Below are positions 39,263-58,996 of a DNA stretch of 64,000 nucleotides, piece by piece (position 1 is the first letter of the stretch; every line of letters begins with the position of its first letter). Origin of the DNA: Eledone cirrhosa (lineage: Eukaryota); the NCBI GenBank assembly GCA_964016885.1, contig OZ024741.1, forward strand, positions 191,704,001 to 191,768,000, written 5' to 3'. The notes beneath the pieces were generated by a model. It had not been told where the DNA came from, ran no database searches, and saw only the letters and a program-made list of their open reading frames with translations. The translations under genes and the position numbers were made by a program.

Positions 39263-39305
39263 ACGCTGTACTAGTTTCAAGCGTATTAGCTATCGTCAGC
39301 AACGT
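39263..39305 (-). ncRNA. Minimal type I hammerhead ribozyme
   Basis: ACGUUG-CUGACGA-UAGCUaauaCGCUU-GAAAC-UA-GUA/CAGCGU. Confidence 0.8.
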
Positions 39306-39755
39306 ATACCTTCCTGCCAGATGATTGAACGTCTGAAAGTATATACTTTCCTTATGCATATTAACGGCTGAGCAGCCTAATTTGCATATCGAGTGAGTTA
39401 ATCGGCCGGGGTACCGAAAACGATAAACGGAAAAAATGAAACGAAATTTCATTTCTCACTCTTAGTACGGCTGTTACTTAAATATAAGTATGTATATGTG
39501 CATGTATGTATATATATATATATATACATACTACTGTACGTCTGTATACACATATGTATGTACGTATACATACTTATATTTAAGTAACAGCCGTACTAAG
39601 AGTGAGAAATGAAAGTTCGTTTCTTTTTTTCCGTTTATCGTTTTCGGTACCCCGGCCGATTAACTCACTCGATATGCAAATTAGGCTGCTCAGCCTTTAA
39701 TATGCATAAGGAAAGTATATACTTTCAGACGTTCAATCATCTGGCAGGAAGGTAT

Positions 39756-39798
39756 ACATTGCTGACGATAGCTAATAAGCTTGAAACTAGTACAGCGT
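39756..39798 (+). ncRNA. Minimal type I hammerhead ribozyme
   Basis: ACAUUG-CUGACGA-UAGCUaauaAGCUU-GAAAC-UA-GUA/CAGCGU. Confidence 0.8.
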
Positions 39799-40119
39799 TC
39801 TTTTGTCAGGGTTGAACAAACACACCGAGCATTATAATAAATGTTCGGTGAATCCATACGTACATATATATATTTGTGCATGTATGATATATATATACAT
39901 ACTACTGTACGTCTGTATACATATATGTATGTACGTATACATACTTATATTTAAGTAACAGCGGTACTAAGAGCGAGAAATGAAATTTCGTTTCATTTTT
40001 TCCGTTTATCGTTTTCGGTACCCCGGCCGATTAACTCACTCGATATGCAAATTAGGCTGCTCAGCCGTTAATATGCATAAGGAAAGTATATACTTTCAGA
40101 CGTTCAATCATCTGGCAGG

Positions 40120-40171
<52 letters not shown>

Positions 40172-40370
40172 GTATATATATATATATATACGTATATATA
40201 TATATATATATACGTATATATATATATATATATATACGTATATATATACGTATATATATATATACGTATATATATATATATATATACGTGTATATATATA
40301 TATATATATACGTGTATATATATATATATACGTATATATATATATATATACGTATATATATATATATATA

Positions 40371-43300
40371 TGATGGATGGATGGACGGACGGACTGCGGA
40401 ATCCTGGAGAGTGGAAGGGAGAGAAAAATCTGGACGCTCAGAGCGAAAATGCCAAAGTTAAAGTCAAATTCACCTCGTGGACGAGAATGCGAGCACTCCT
40501 CTTTGTTTCGTCCGCGGATGGCTAACATAACCCTATCTCCTCCCGCCCCCCACCACCCCCACCCTCCAAACGCAACCCAAAACTTCAGAGTTGGTACCAT
40601 AAATGTAGGCACCCTAAAGGGTCGCGCTAACGAGGTTGTAGAAATGCTTGAACGTAAGGAGCTCGATGTTTGTTGTATTCAAGAGACCAGGTGGAGGGGT
40701 GGGTATGCTAGATTCATTGAGGGTAAAAAACGATGTTATAAGCTTTTCTGGGTGGGAAACGACGATGGGCTGGGTGGAGTAGGAATCATGGTAGCAGAAA
40801 AGTGGGCAGATAAGATAATAGACGTAAATAGAGTGAACGACAGAATAATTAAAATAAGACTTGTCCTCAATAGAACTACGGTGACAGTAATATCTGCGTA
40901 CGCACCCCAATCCGGACTGCCCGGCACTATAAAAGACAGATTCTATGAGACACTGTTGCTAACTACCTCCCAAATATCTGACAGTGACTATATAATTATT
41001 GCAGGCGACCTAAATGGTCACGTTGGACAACATTGTGACGGCTACGACGAAATCCATGGAGGCTATGGGTTTGGTACTAGAAATGAGGAAGGCTCCAGAA
41101 TTCTGGAATACTGTGATGCAAATAACCTAACTATCTGTAACACTAACTTCAAAAGACGTGACAATCACCTGATCACCTATAGATCCGGGGAACACACAAG
41201 CCAGGTAGATTATATCCTTACCAGAAGACGTGACAGAGTGTCTGTTGTAAACACTAAATCCCTCCCCCATGAAGAATGCACCTCCCAACATAGACTGATA
41301 ATTAGCGACCTCATAGTCAGGACGAGACGTACTCGACAGCAGAAGAGGACTATCCTCAGGAGGAAAATATGGAAACTAAAGGACCCCACAGCCAGAAATA
41401 AATTTCAAAGCATATTACTTGATGCTTTCGACAGTAAGGAAGAGCATCTAGAATCGGACAATATAGAGGGACAGTGGGAATTTCTGAAAGCAAACCTGCT
41501 GTTGGCGACAGACGAAGTCTGTGGCTGGAGCAGGCCTGTAGGCAGGAGGAGAGTAACATGGTGGTGGAACAGTAGGGTGGAGGGGTCAATTAAGGCCAAA
41601 AGGCTTGGAAAGTATGGCGGGATGGGGGAAGTAGAGTAGACTATCAAGTGGCCAGGAGGGAAGCTAGGAGAGAAGTGTACTTAGCAAGAAGGGAAGCTGA
41701 GGAAAGAAAGTTCAAGCATGTTCTACAACGCGATGACCAAAAACGTGAGGTGTTCAGGATTGCCAGGCAATGCGTCAAGGAAAACCGTGATATTGTCGGG
41801 GAGAAGTGTGTACTAAACGATGATGGCATACTTGCCATCACCGACACTGATAAGAAGGTAGCTTGGAAGTGTCACTATGAAAGGCTACTAAATGAGGAGA
41901 ATAAATGGGAGAAAGACAGTCTCCCCCATATCGACCCAATAGAGGGACCAGCAGTGTTAGTCGAGGGGAGTATAATAAGTAAGGCAATCAAGGATATGAA
42001 GACTGGTAAGGCGGCTGGGCCTTCGGAAATAGTTGCTGAGATGCTGAAGGCATCTGGCACGGTGGGACACACCATGGTCACCCGCATAGTTAACCAAGTC
42101 GTACAGAATGGGGTTGTTCCGAAGGACTGGCATAGCAGCATCATTGTTAACTGTTATAAGGGTAAAGGAGACGCCCTAGATAGGAGTAACTATAGAGGCA
42201 TTAAATTAATCGACCAGGTCATGAAGGTCACGGAAAAAGTAATAGCGCAACTAATCAGAGAGAGAATTGATCTAGATGAAATGCAGTTCGGGTTTGTGTC
42301 AGGCAAAAGCACCACAGACGCTCTTTTCATAGTACGACAACTACAGGAGAAGTACCTAGCTAAAGGTAAACCCCTCTACTTAGCTTTTGTCGACCTGGAG
42401 AAAGCCTTCGACAGAGTCCCCCGCTCCATTATCTGGTGGGCTCTTAGAAAACTAGGCGTTGACGAATGGCTTGTGAGGGCTATACAAGCCATGTATAAAG
42501 AAACAGTCAGCAAGGTTAGAATTAACAACGAATATAGTGAAGAGTTTAGCGTAAAAGTTGGCGTCCATCAGGGCTCTGTTCTCAGCCCCCTACTATTTAT
42601 TATTGCCCTTCAGGCTATAACAGAGGAGTTCAAGACAGGCTGCCCATGGGAACTCCTATACGCAGACGACCTGACACTCATAGCGGAATCAATGGCCGAG
42701 CTAGAGAAGAAATTCCAAACATGGAAGCACGGCCTAGAGTCAAAAGGACTTAAAATTAACCTGGCTAAGACCAAAGTTCTAGTTTGTAGGAAAGAAAACA
42801 AGGCGGCGGTCCCTTCTGGGAAATGGTCGTGCTCGGTATGTAGGAAAGGCGTAGGTAGAAACTCCATCTTATGTCCTAAATGCAAAGTATGGGTGCATAA
42901 AAGATGTAGTGGGATCACAGGTAAGCTAACTAAGAACATAGACTTTACATGTGGCCGGTGTTCTGGTGCAATAAGTAGCAGCAAGTGCCCACAAAATACT
43001 AGCTCTTTCAATTGCGCAGAGGGTTCTATAGAAATAGTGGACAGCTTCCGTTACCTGGGCGATAAAATCAGCAGTGGGGGAGGGTGCTCTGAAAGTACTG
43101 TAGCTAGAGTCAGAACTGGTTGGAAAAAGTTCAGAGAGCTTATACCACTATTAGCTGCTAAAGGGTTCTCCCTAAAAATGAAAGGCAGGTTGTACGATGC
43201 CTGCATACGAACAGCAATGTTGCATGGTAGTGAGACCTGGGCATTGTGTGCAGAGGATATACGCAGACTAGAGAGGAACGAAGCTTGCATGCTCCGCTGG

Positions 43301-43979
43301 ATGTGTAACAGTAATATACGTGAACGGCAAAGCATAAACGAACTAAGGAAAAAATTAGAGATAAGAGGGATCAGATGTTGTTTACTCGAGAGAAGACTGC
43401 GTTGGTATGGACACGTGATGCGCATGAAAGTCGATAGCTGTATTACAAAGTGCAGGGCAATAAAGATAGACGGTAGCCACGGAATAGGCAGACCTAGAAA
43501 AACATGGGATGAGCTGATAAACTCCGACCTCACACACTTACACCTCTCCAAGACAATGTCACTGGACCGTGACCTTTGGCGGTACTCAGTAACAGAGAAG
43601 ACCCGCCTTGCCAGTAGGCATCTCTAACAAAATACACCCCGTCCCGCCACCACCCCCACCCCATCCACACCACCCCGTTCTATGTAAAGATATGTTGGTG
43701 CCGCGCCATCCAGGCCGAAACAAATGAGATCGTGTAGGTGTCACGACAAAAAAACACACAGTCCACGCTTTAATGTGGCCGTGTAGGCAACACGGTAAAA
43801 ACCTCCCAGACCCACACTGTAAATGTGGTTGGTGTTAGGAAGGGCATCCAACTGTAGAAAACCTGCCAGACAGTCCTATGCGAGCAAGACAATCACTCTT
43901 GCCTCAAGTGGGACTACCCCCGTCCAAACCCATGCAAGCGTGGAACACGGACGTTAAACGTTGATGATGATGATGATGA

Positions 43980-43980
<1 letters not shown>
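40371..43980 (+). mobile_element. RTE subfamily B, near full length, one frameshift near 41600
   Basis: ORFs 40377..41639 (APE) and 41648..43627 (RT plus PHD); short deletion relative to the 23549 copy; TA flanks. Confidence 0.95.
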
Positions 43981-44925
<945 letters not shown>

Positions 44926-45642
44926 ATTTAAAAGAATAGAGGTGTAACAAGTTATGATATATTGGTAAACTGAAAAGAAAATGCTGACAAATTGTTCACA
45001 GTAAAAAATAGTTTAATTAGGAATAAGTGAGAATTAGTAATAGTATTGGTTAGTATTCAGTTTTGGTTTTAAGTTTTACCGGTTGTGCATTTCTAATGCT
45101 TTTCAAAAATAATTTTGAGATAGAGCGTCCGTGATGTTTGCTCTAATCTGATTAGTTTTGGAAATTCTACCTGTTTTTATGTGAAAAAAAGTAGCTCCAG
45201 AGGTATTAAAATAAGTTTCGCGCCAATTCGTGTTGCACAAATTCTTGTGGTCAAAACAATTTGATTGGTCGGTAGAGGTCATGTGAATGTTAAAAATTGA
45301 TTTTGCGCCAAATGTAGGTTTGTGTCGGCTGATTGAGAAGTCACTGAAAATAAGTCTTTCAAAACAAATGTGTGTGTGTGTGTGTAGTAGTAGTAAAGAG
45401 GTTCGTTGTTGTGATAATGGTCAGCAGGGATGTGTGTGCGAACCGCAGCCTGTTGACAGTTCAAATGCCTATTAAGACAAGTGTGTGTGTGTGTGTGTGT
45501 GTAGCAGAGTAATTCGTGGTAGAGGGATGGTCAGTAGGAATGTGTCTGTAAGTGTATGGGGGATATTTTAACATGTTAAAAGATATTTTTCAGCTCTTGT
45601 CTTATACGGAGAAGTGTGTGTGTGTGTATGTCTCTTTTGTAT

Positions 45643-45842
45643 NNNNNNNNNNNNNNNNNNNNNNNNNNNNNNNNNNNNNNNNNNNNNNNNNNNNNNNNNN
45701 NNNNNNNNNNNNNNNNNNNNNNNNNNNNNNNNNNNNNNNNNNNNNNNNNNNNNNNNNNNNNNNNNNNNNNNNNNNNNNNNNNNNNNNNNNNNNNNNNNNN
45801 NNNNNNNNNNNNNNNNNNNNNNNNNNNNNNNNNNNNNNNNNN
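45643..45842. other. Assembly gap (200 N)
   Basis: Run of N. Confidence 1.
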
Positions 45843-52695
<6,853 letters not shown>

Positions 52696-53293
52696 ATATG
52701 AAAGACGTAAAATAAGAAAATTATAAAAATTAACTTACTTAAGTTTCACTCCAACTAATTAGTTTCTGAAAGGGGATATACATAGTGTTCAAAACCATGG
52801 AGAATTCCTTTCTTCTTCAGGGAGTCAATTCTCTGCTAAGATCCCAGGCGATAGGCGGACACAGGGAGCTCAAACAAAAATAATTCAGTGAATGGAAAAG
52901 AAGCAAGCGCGGACTGAATTTCAAGACACTGAAAATTTCACTGCCTTCCCAGACGGTGGCACATTCAAAAGAATCAATCACGTGACATCGAGGTTAATCA
53001 GTGAGGAGTGGGATGTTAAAAAGACAGTAGCCAAAATATTACTATGAATCATAGCAGTAATTCAGGTGAATTTTTGCTCAAAAAATAATTTGGAGTTAAT
53101 TATAAAGAATTAGTATATCTACCGACATATTTATACAGAAGTATACTTATGCTAGCAAGATATAGGTTTCGTCTTAGTAACTTTGTGGTTCAATACAAAT
53201 ATGTAGAACAATTATATGAAAGACGTAAAAGAAGAAAATTATAATAATTAACTTACTTACTTAAGTTTCACTCCAACTAATTAGTTTCTGAAA
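52696..53293 (-). mobile_element. ORF-less about 520-bp unit with about 80-bp terminal direct repeat and hammerhead
   Basis: 52696-52771 is repeated at 53214-53293; TA flanks. Confidence 0.75.
52748..52825 (-). ncRNA. Type I hammerhead ribozyme
   Basis: ACUCC-CUGAAGA-A-GAAAGG...CCUUUC-A-GAAAC-UAAUUA-GUU/GGAGU. Confidence 0.8.
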
Positions 53294-53586
53294 TATATAT
53301 ATATATACGTATATATATATATATATATACGTATATATATATATATATATACGTATATATATATAATTAAGTTAAAAATGTACATCCACATATGTATACT
53401 GAAATACTAGTATGCATATGAATACACACACGTATACATATGTAGATGTACCGAGTTTTTTCACTGGTCACTTTACTGTGAGTGTCCAGCTATTCTGTAT
53501 GTAAACACACAGACAAACCGGTTTTTAGAGTCATACTGGTTTTTGAGGAAACACCTTTCCTCTATTCTCCAGAAAGCCAGACAAGG

Positions 53587-53631
53587 AATATTGAACTAGT
53601 TTCGTTGTTGTTACAACTCATCAGCAATATT
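53587..53631 (-). ncRNA. Minimal type I hammerhead ribozyme
   Basis: AAUAUUG-CUGAUGA-GUUGU-aaca-ACAAC-GAAAC-UA-GUU/CAAUAUU. Confidence 0.88.
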
Positions 53632-53828
53632 TACCTATCTTCCGGCCTTTCTAGAGAATCGTAAAAGCACATATCGTTATATGCTTTTTCTATGAAAATT
53701 AGTAGTGGGCAGACTAATTTGCATAGAGCGTGAGTACGCACCGGTTCAACGGAGACGATAAAAACGAATAACGAAACGAAATTAAATTTCGCTTCGTTTG
53801 TAACGTTGTAAAGGCCGGAAGATAGGTA

Positions 53829-53873
53829 AATATTGCTGATGAGTTGTAACAACAACGAAACTAGTTCAATATT
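53829..53873 (+). ncRNA. Minimal type I hammerhead ribozyme
   Basis: Same motif on the plus strand. Confidence 0.88.
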
Positions 53874-54161
53874 CCTTGTCTGGCTTTCTGGAGAATAGAG
53901 GAAAGGTGTTTCCTCAAAAACCAGTATGACTCTAAAAACCGGTTTGTCTGTGTGTTTACATACAGAATAGCTGGACACTCACAGTAAAGTGACCAGTGAA
54001 AAAACTCGGTACATCTACATATGTATACGTGTGTGTATTCATATGCATACTAGTATTTCAGTATACATATGTGGATGTACATTTTTAACTTAATTGTTTA
54101 AGCGTCAGTCATACAAAAGTGAGTTACAAACGAAGCGAAATTTAATTTCGTTTCGTTATTC

Positions 54162-54165
<4 letters not shown>

Positions 54166-54222
<57 letters not shown>

Positions 54223-54224
54223 CG

Positions 54225-54274
<50 letters not shown>

Positions 54275-54296
54275 CGTATATATATATATATATACG

Positions 54297-54334
<38 letters not shown>

Positions 54335-54336
54335 CG

Positions 54337-54368
<32 letters not shown>

Positions 54369-54426
54369 TATATATATATACGTATATATATATATATATA
54401 TACGTATATATATATATATATATACG

Positions 54427-54458
<32 letters not shown>

Positions 54459-54488
54459 CGTATATATATATATATATTTATATATACG

Positions 54489-54524
<36 letters not shown>

Positions 54525-54526
54525 CG

Positions 54527-54586
<60 letters not shown>

Positions 54587-54618
54587 CGTATATATATATA
54601 TATATATTTATATATACG

Positions 54619-54652
<34 letters not shown>

Positions 54653-54685
54653 CGTATATATATATATATATATATTTATATATAC

Positions 54686-54744
<59 letters not shown>

Positions 54745-54745
54745 C

Positions 54746-54786
<41 letters not shown>

Positions 54787-54787
54787 C

Positions 54788-54844
<57 letters not shown>

Positions 54845-54899
54845 CGTATATATATATATATACGTATATATATATATATACGTATATATATATATATAC

Positions 54900-54946
<47 letters not shown>

Positions 54947-54965
54947 CGTATATATATATATATAC

Positions 54966-55006
<41 letters not shown>

Positions 55007-55025
55007 CGTATATATATATATATAC

Positions 55026-55074
<49 letters not shown>

Positions 55075-55128
55075 CGTATATATATATATATATATTTATA
55101 TATACGTATATATATATATATATACGTA

Positions 55129-55191
<63 letters not shown>

Positions 55192-55218
55192 GTATATATA
55201 TATATATATATATACTTA

Positions 55219-55265
<47 letters not shown>

Positions 55266-55359
55266 GTATATATATATATATATATATATAAATATATATA
55301 TATATACGTATATATATATATATATATATATAAATATATATATATATACGTATATATAT

Positions 55360-55392
<33 letters not shown>

Positions 55393-55585
55393 CGTATATA
55401 TATATATATATATATATATACGTATATATATATATATATATATTTATATATACGTATATATATATATATTTATATATACGTATATATATATATATATATT
55501 TATATATACGTATATATATATATATTTATATATACGTATATATACGTATATATATATATATATATTTATATATATTTATATATAC

Positions 55586-55656
<71 letters not shown>

Positions 55657-55667
55657 CTTATATATAC

Positions 55668-55716
<49 letters not shown>

Positions 55717-55717
55717 C

Positions 55718-55792
<75 letters not shown>

Positions 55793-55793
55793 C

Positions 55794-55852
<59 letters not shown>

Positions 55853-55854
55853 CG

Positions 55855-55886
<32 letters not shown>

Positions 55887-55888
55887 CG

Positions 55889-55926
<38 letters not shown>

Positions 55927-55928
55927 CG

Positions 55929-55962
<34 letters not shown>

Positions 55963-55964
55963 CG

Positions 55965-55998
<34 letters not shown>

Positions 55999-55999
55999 C

Positions 56000-56040
<41 letters not shown>

Positions 56041-56042
56041 CG

Positions 56043-56076
<34 letters not shown>

Positions 56077-56078
56077 CG

Positions 56079-56112
<34 letters not shown>

Positions 56113-56113
56113 C

Positions 56114-56165
<52 letters not shown>
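54166..56165. repeat. (TA)n array punctuated by TTTA...CG
   Basis: Direct reading. Confidence 0.95.
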
Positions 56166-56167
<2 letters not shown>

Positions 56168-56349
56168 TAATACAATAACAGAGATAGCTTAACGCTAAAC
56201 TCCGACTGGTAACCATCTCACTCAACAAACATTAGGTTATATGTAAGTATAACCCAATTTAAGTGTTTGGGGTGCTAACTATATGTATTTTGTGGAAAGC
56301 CAGTTGTATTATTTTATGAGATATAATTAAAGTTAAAATATATCTCTCT

Positions 56350-56474
56350 TTCCAAACAATTGTTTCATTATAAGTTTTCTACAATTTGGGAAAATGTTTC
56401 CAGTTTATGTAGAAGCCTAACATATATTCATGTAAGAATATATTTAGGTGGGCACTTATAAATCTTCAGTGGAA
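56350..56474 (-). ncRNA. Type I hammerhead with long helix II insertion
   Basis: UUCCA-CUGAAGA-U-UUAUAAGU...ACUUAUAA-U-GAAAC-AAUU-GUU/UGGAA. Confidence 0.75.
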
Positions 56475-57335
56475 GCCCATTAAACTTTGAAATAAGAAAA
56501 AATTCTTACCGCAGTTAAAAATCGTGTCCGCTAAGCTGCTCCTTCACACATCAAATGACCGCCAAATTTGAAATTCCAGCAGTCTTTTGACTGAGAAAGA
56601 TTCATAGCGTCACGAAACGGGAAAGAGAGACAACCACGACACAAGAAAAGAAAAAAATAATATACACTCGGGTTAATTAGTTTTTTCAAAAACATTATCA
56701 ATCCAACATGTTAAGAACTCAATTGAAATTAAAAAAATAAATGTATGCGTGTATGAATTACACACTCATATAGATATTTTCTTAGGCTAAAAACAGAGGT
56801 GATACCAAAATAACAAACCACATCACATCACCGCAGCAAATACTGGAGGTTACGCTTTAAAGGCAATTCGGAATGTAAATCTCCGGCCAAATTAAGAGTA
56901 AAATATTTAATACACGCGGGTTAATTAGTTATTTAAAACTATTATCTATTCCACGTGTTAAGAACTCAATTAATTAAAAAAAAAATGTATGCATGTAATT
57001 ATTTACACATGCATATATATATTTTCCTAGGCTAAAAGCAGAGAAGTGACAACCAAAAAACCTCCATATCTCACAACAGTAACAAATACAGAAAGTCATG
57101 TTTATAAGGTACCTGGAAATAAGTACCTCTGGCCAAATCAAGAGTAACATAATTAATACAATAACAGAGATAGCTTAACGCTAAACTCCGACTGGTAACC
57201 ATCTCACTCAACAAACATTAGGTTATATGTTAGTATAACCCAATTTAAGTGTTTGGGGTGCTAACTATATGTATTTTGTGGAAAGCCAGTTGTATTATTT
57301 TATGAGATATAATTAAAGTTAAAATATATCTCTCT

Positions 57336-57461
57336 TTCCAAACAATTGTTTCATTATAAGTTTTCTACAATTTGGGAGAATGTTTCCAGTTTATGTAAAA
57401 GCCTAACATATATTCATGTAAGAATTTTATTTAGGTGGGCACTTATAAATCTTCAGTGGAA
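57336..57461 (-). ncRNA. Type I hammerhead, second unit
   Basis: Same core and helices as 56350-56474. Confidence 0.75.
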
Positions 57462-57751
57462 GCCCATTAAACTTTGAAATAAGAAAAAATTCTTACCGCA
57501 GTTAAAAGTCGTGTCCGCTAAGCTGCTCCTTCACACATCGAATGACCGCCAAATTTGAAATTCCAGCAGTCTTTTGACTGAGGAAGATTCATAGCGTCAC
57601 GAAGCGAGAAAGGGAGACAACCACGACACGAGAAAAGAAAAAAATAATATACACTCGGATTAATTGGTTTTTTCAAAAACATTATCAATCCAACGTGTTA
57701 AGAACTCAATTGAAATTAAAAATATATATATTTATATATACGTATATATAC

Positions 57752-57821
<70 letters not shown>

Positions 57822-58189
57822 CTAGAAATTGATTAACATATATATAAACATGAATAATCACAGGAGATAATTTTTACAAGTGTGTAACCACACACAGCTA
57901 GGTAGGTAACTAAATAAAGTTGACCAGAACTTCAAAAATAGATACCTTATAATATTATTAATCTTTCCTGTATATATTCCATTAAAGAAATATATTTCAC
58001 CAATTAATCAGATGGGAACCACGGAAGTGGGGACTTGGATTTTCAACAAGGAAGAAGTTCCAGCAATCCGTGCTTACACTTCAAGTTCAATTCTGCGACT
58101 GGCCATCACCACGTGTCGTATTTACTAGAAATACAAACATCATAGTAGCTTCGTCCCAGTGGCGTGAATAGGGTTATCGACAACTAGTA

Positions 58190-58225
<36 letters not shown>

Positions 58226-58290
58226 CGTATATATATATATATACGTATATATATATATATACGTGTATATATATATATATATATATATAC

Positions 58291-58374
<84 letters not shown>

Positions 58375-58489
58375 GTATATATATATATATATACGTATAT
58401 ATATACGTATATATATATATATATATATATACGTATATATATACGTATATATATATATATATATACGTATATATATATATATATACGTA

Positions 58490-58548
<59 letters not shown>

Positions 58549-58780
58549 GTATATATATATATAATTAAGTTAAAGTGTACATCTACATATGTATACGGAA
58601 GTATTAGTATGCATATAAATACACACATGTATACATATGTACATGTACTCAGCTTTTCACTAGACACTTTACAGTGAGTGTCAGCTAGTCTGTATGTAAC
58701 CACATAGGCGGACCGGGTTTTAGAGTCATACGAGTTTTCAAGGAAACACATTTCCTCTATTCCCCAGAGGGCCAGACAGG

Positions 58781-58825
58781 AATATTGGACTAGTTTCGAT
58801 GTTATTACATCTCATCAGCAATATT
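58781..58825 (-). ncRNA. Minimal type I hammerhead ribozyme (first of five in RZ-D)
   Basis: AAUAUUG-CUGAUGA-GAUGU-aaua-ACAUC-GAAAC-UA-GUC/CAAUAUU; canonical core and GUC triplet. Confidence 0.9.
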
Positions 58826-58870
58826 TACCCATCTTCCGGCTTCTCTGGAGAATTGTAAAAGCACATATCG

Positions 58871-58930
58871 TTATATGCTTTTTCTATGAAAATTAGTAGT
58901 GGGTAGACCAATTTGCATAGAACGTGAGTC
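58871..58930 (-). promoter_or_regulatory. Candidate snRNA-type promoter of an RZ-D unit
   Basis: Minus strand ACTCAC...ATGCAAAT (58911-58918)...TAATTTTCATA...CATATAA. Confidence 0.5.
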
Positions 58931-58959
58931 ATTGTACGCACCGGTTCAGCGGAAACGAT

Positions 58960-58996
58960 AAAAACAAATAACGAAACGAAATTAAATTTCGTTTCG
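58960..58996 (-). terminator. Palindrome plus T5 run, candidate Pol III terminator / RNA 3' end of the RZ unit
   Basis: CGAAACGAAATT-T-AATTTCGTTTCG then TTATTTGTTTTT; equivalent hairpin plus T6-7 in RZ-A/B. Confidence 0.4.

Larger units (their letters stand above)
39095..40120. mobile_element. Hammerhead repeat array RZ-B (relative of RZ-A): one minus unit plus about 1.6 plus units
   Basis: Long inverted repeat centred near 39500; plus-strand period 371 bp (internally deleted unit); octamer and TATA conserved. Confidence 0.85.
53364..54165. mobile_element. Hammerhead repeat RZ-C: head-to-head inverted pair of units
   Basis: 53364-53650 is the reverse complement of 53810-54095; TA on both flanks. 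Confidence 0.85.
56166..57720 (-). mobile_element. ORF-less tandem repeat, period about 986 bp (1.6 units), one hammerhead per unit
   Basis: 56167 onward recurs at 57153 onward; diverged internal subrepeat of about 250 bp; TA flanks. Confidence 0.8.
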
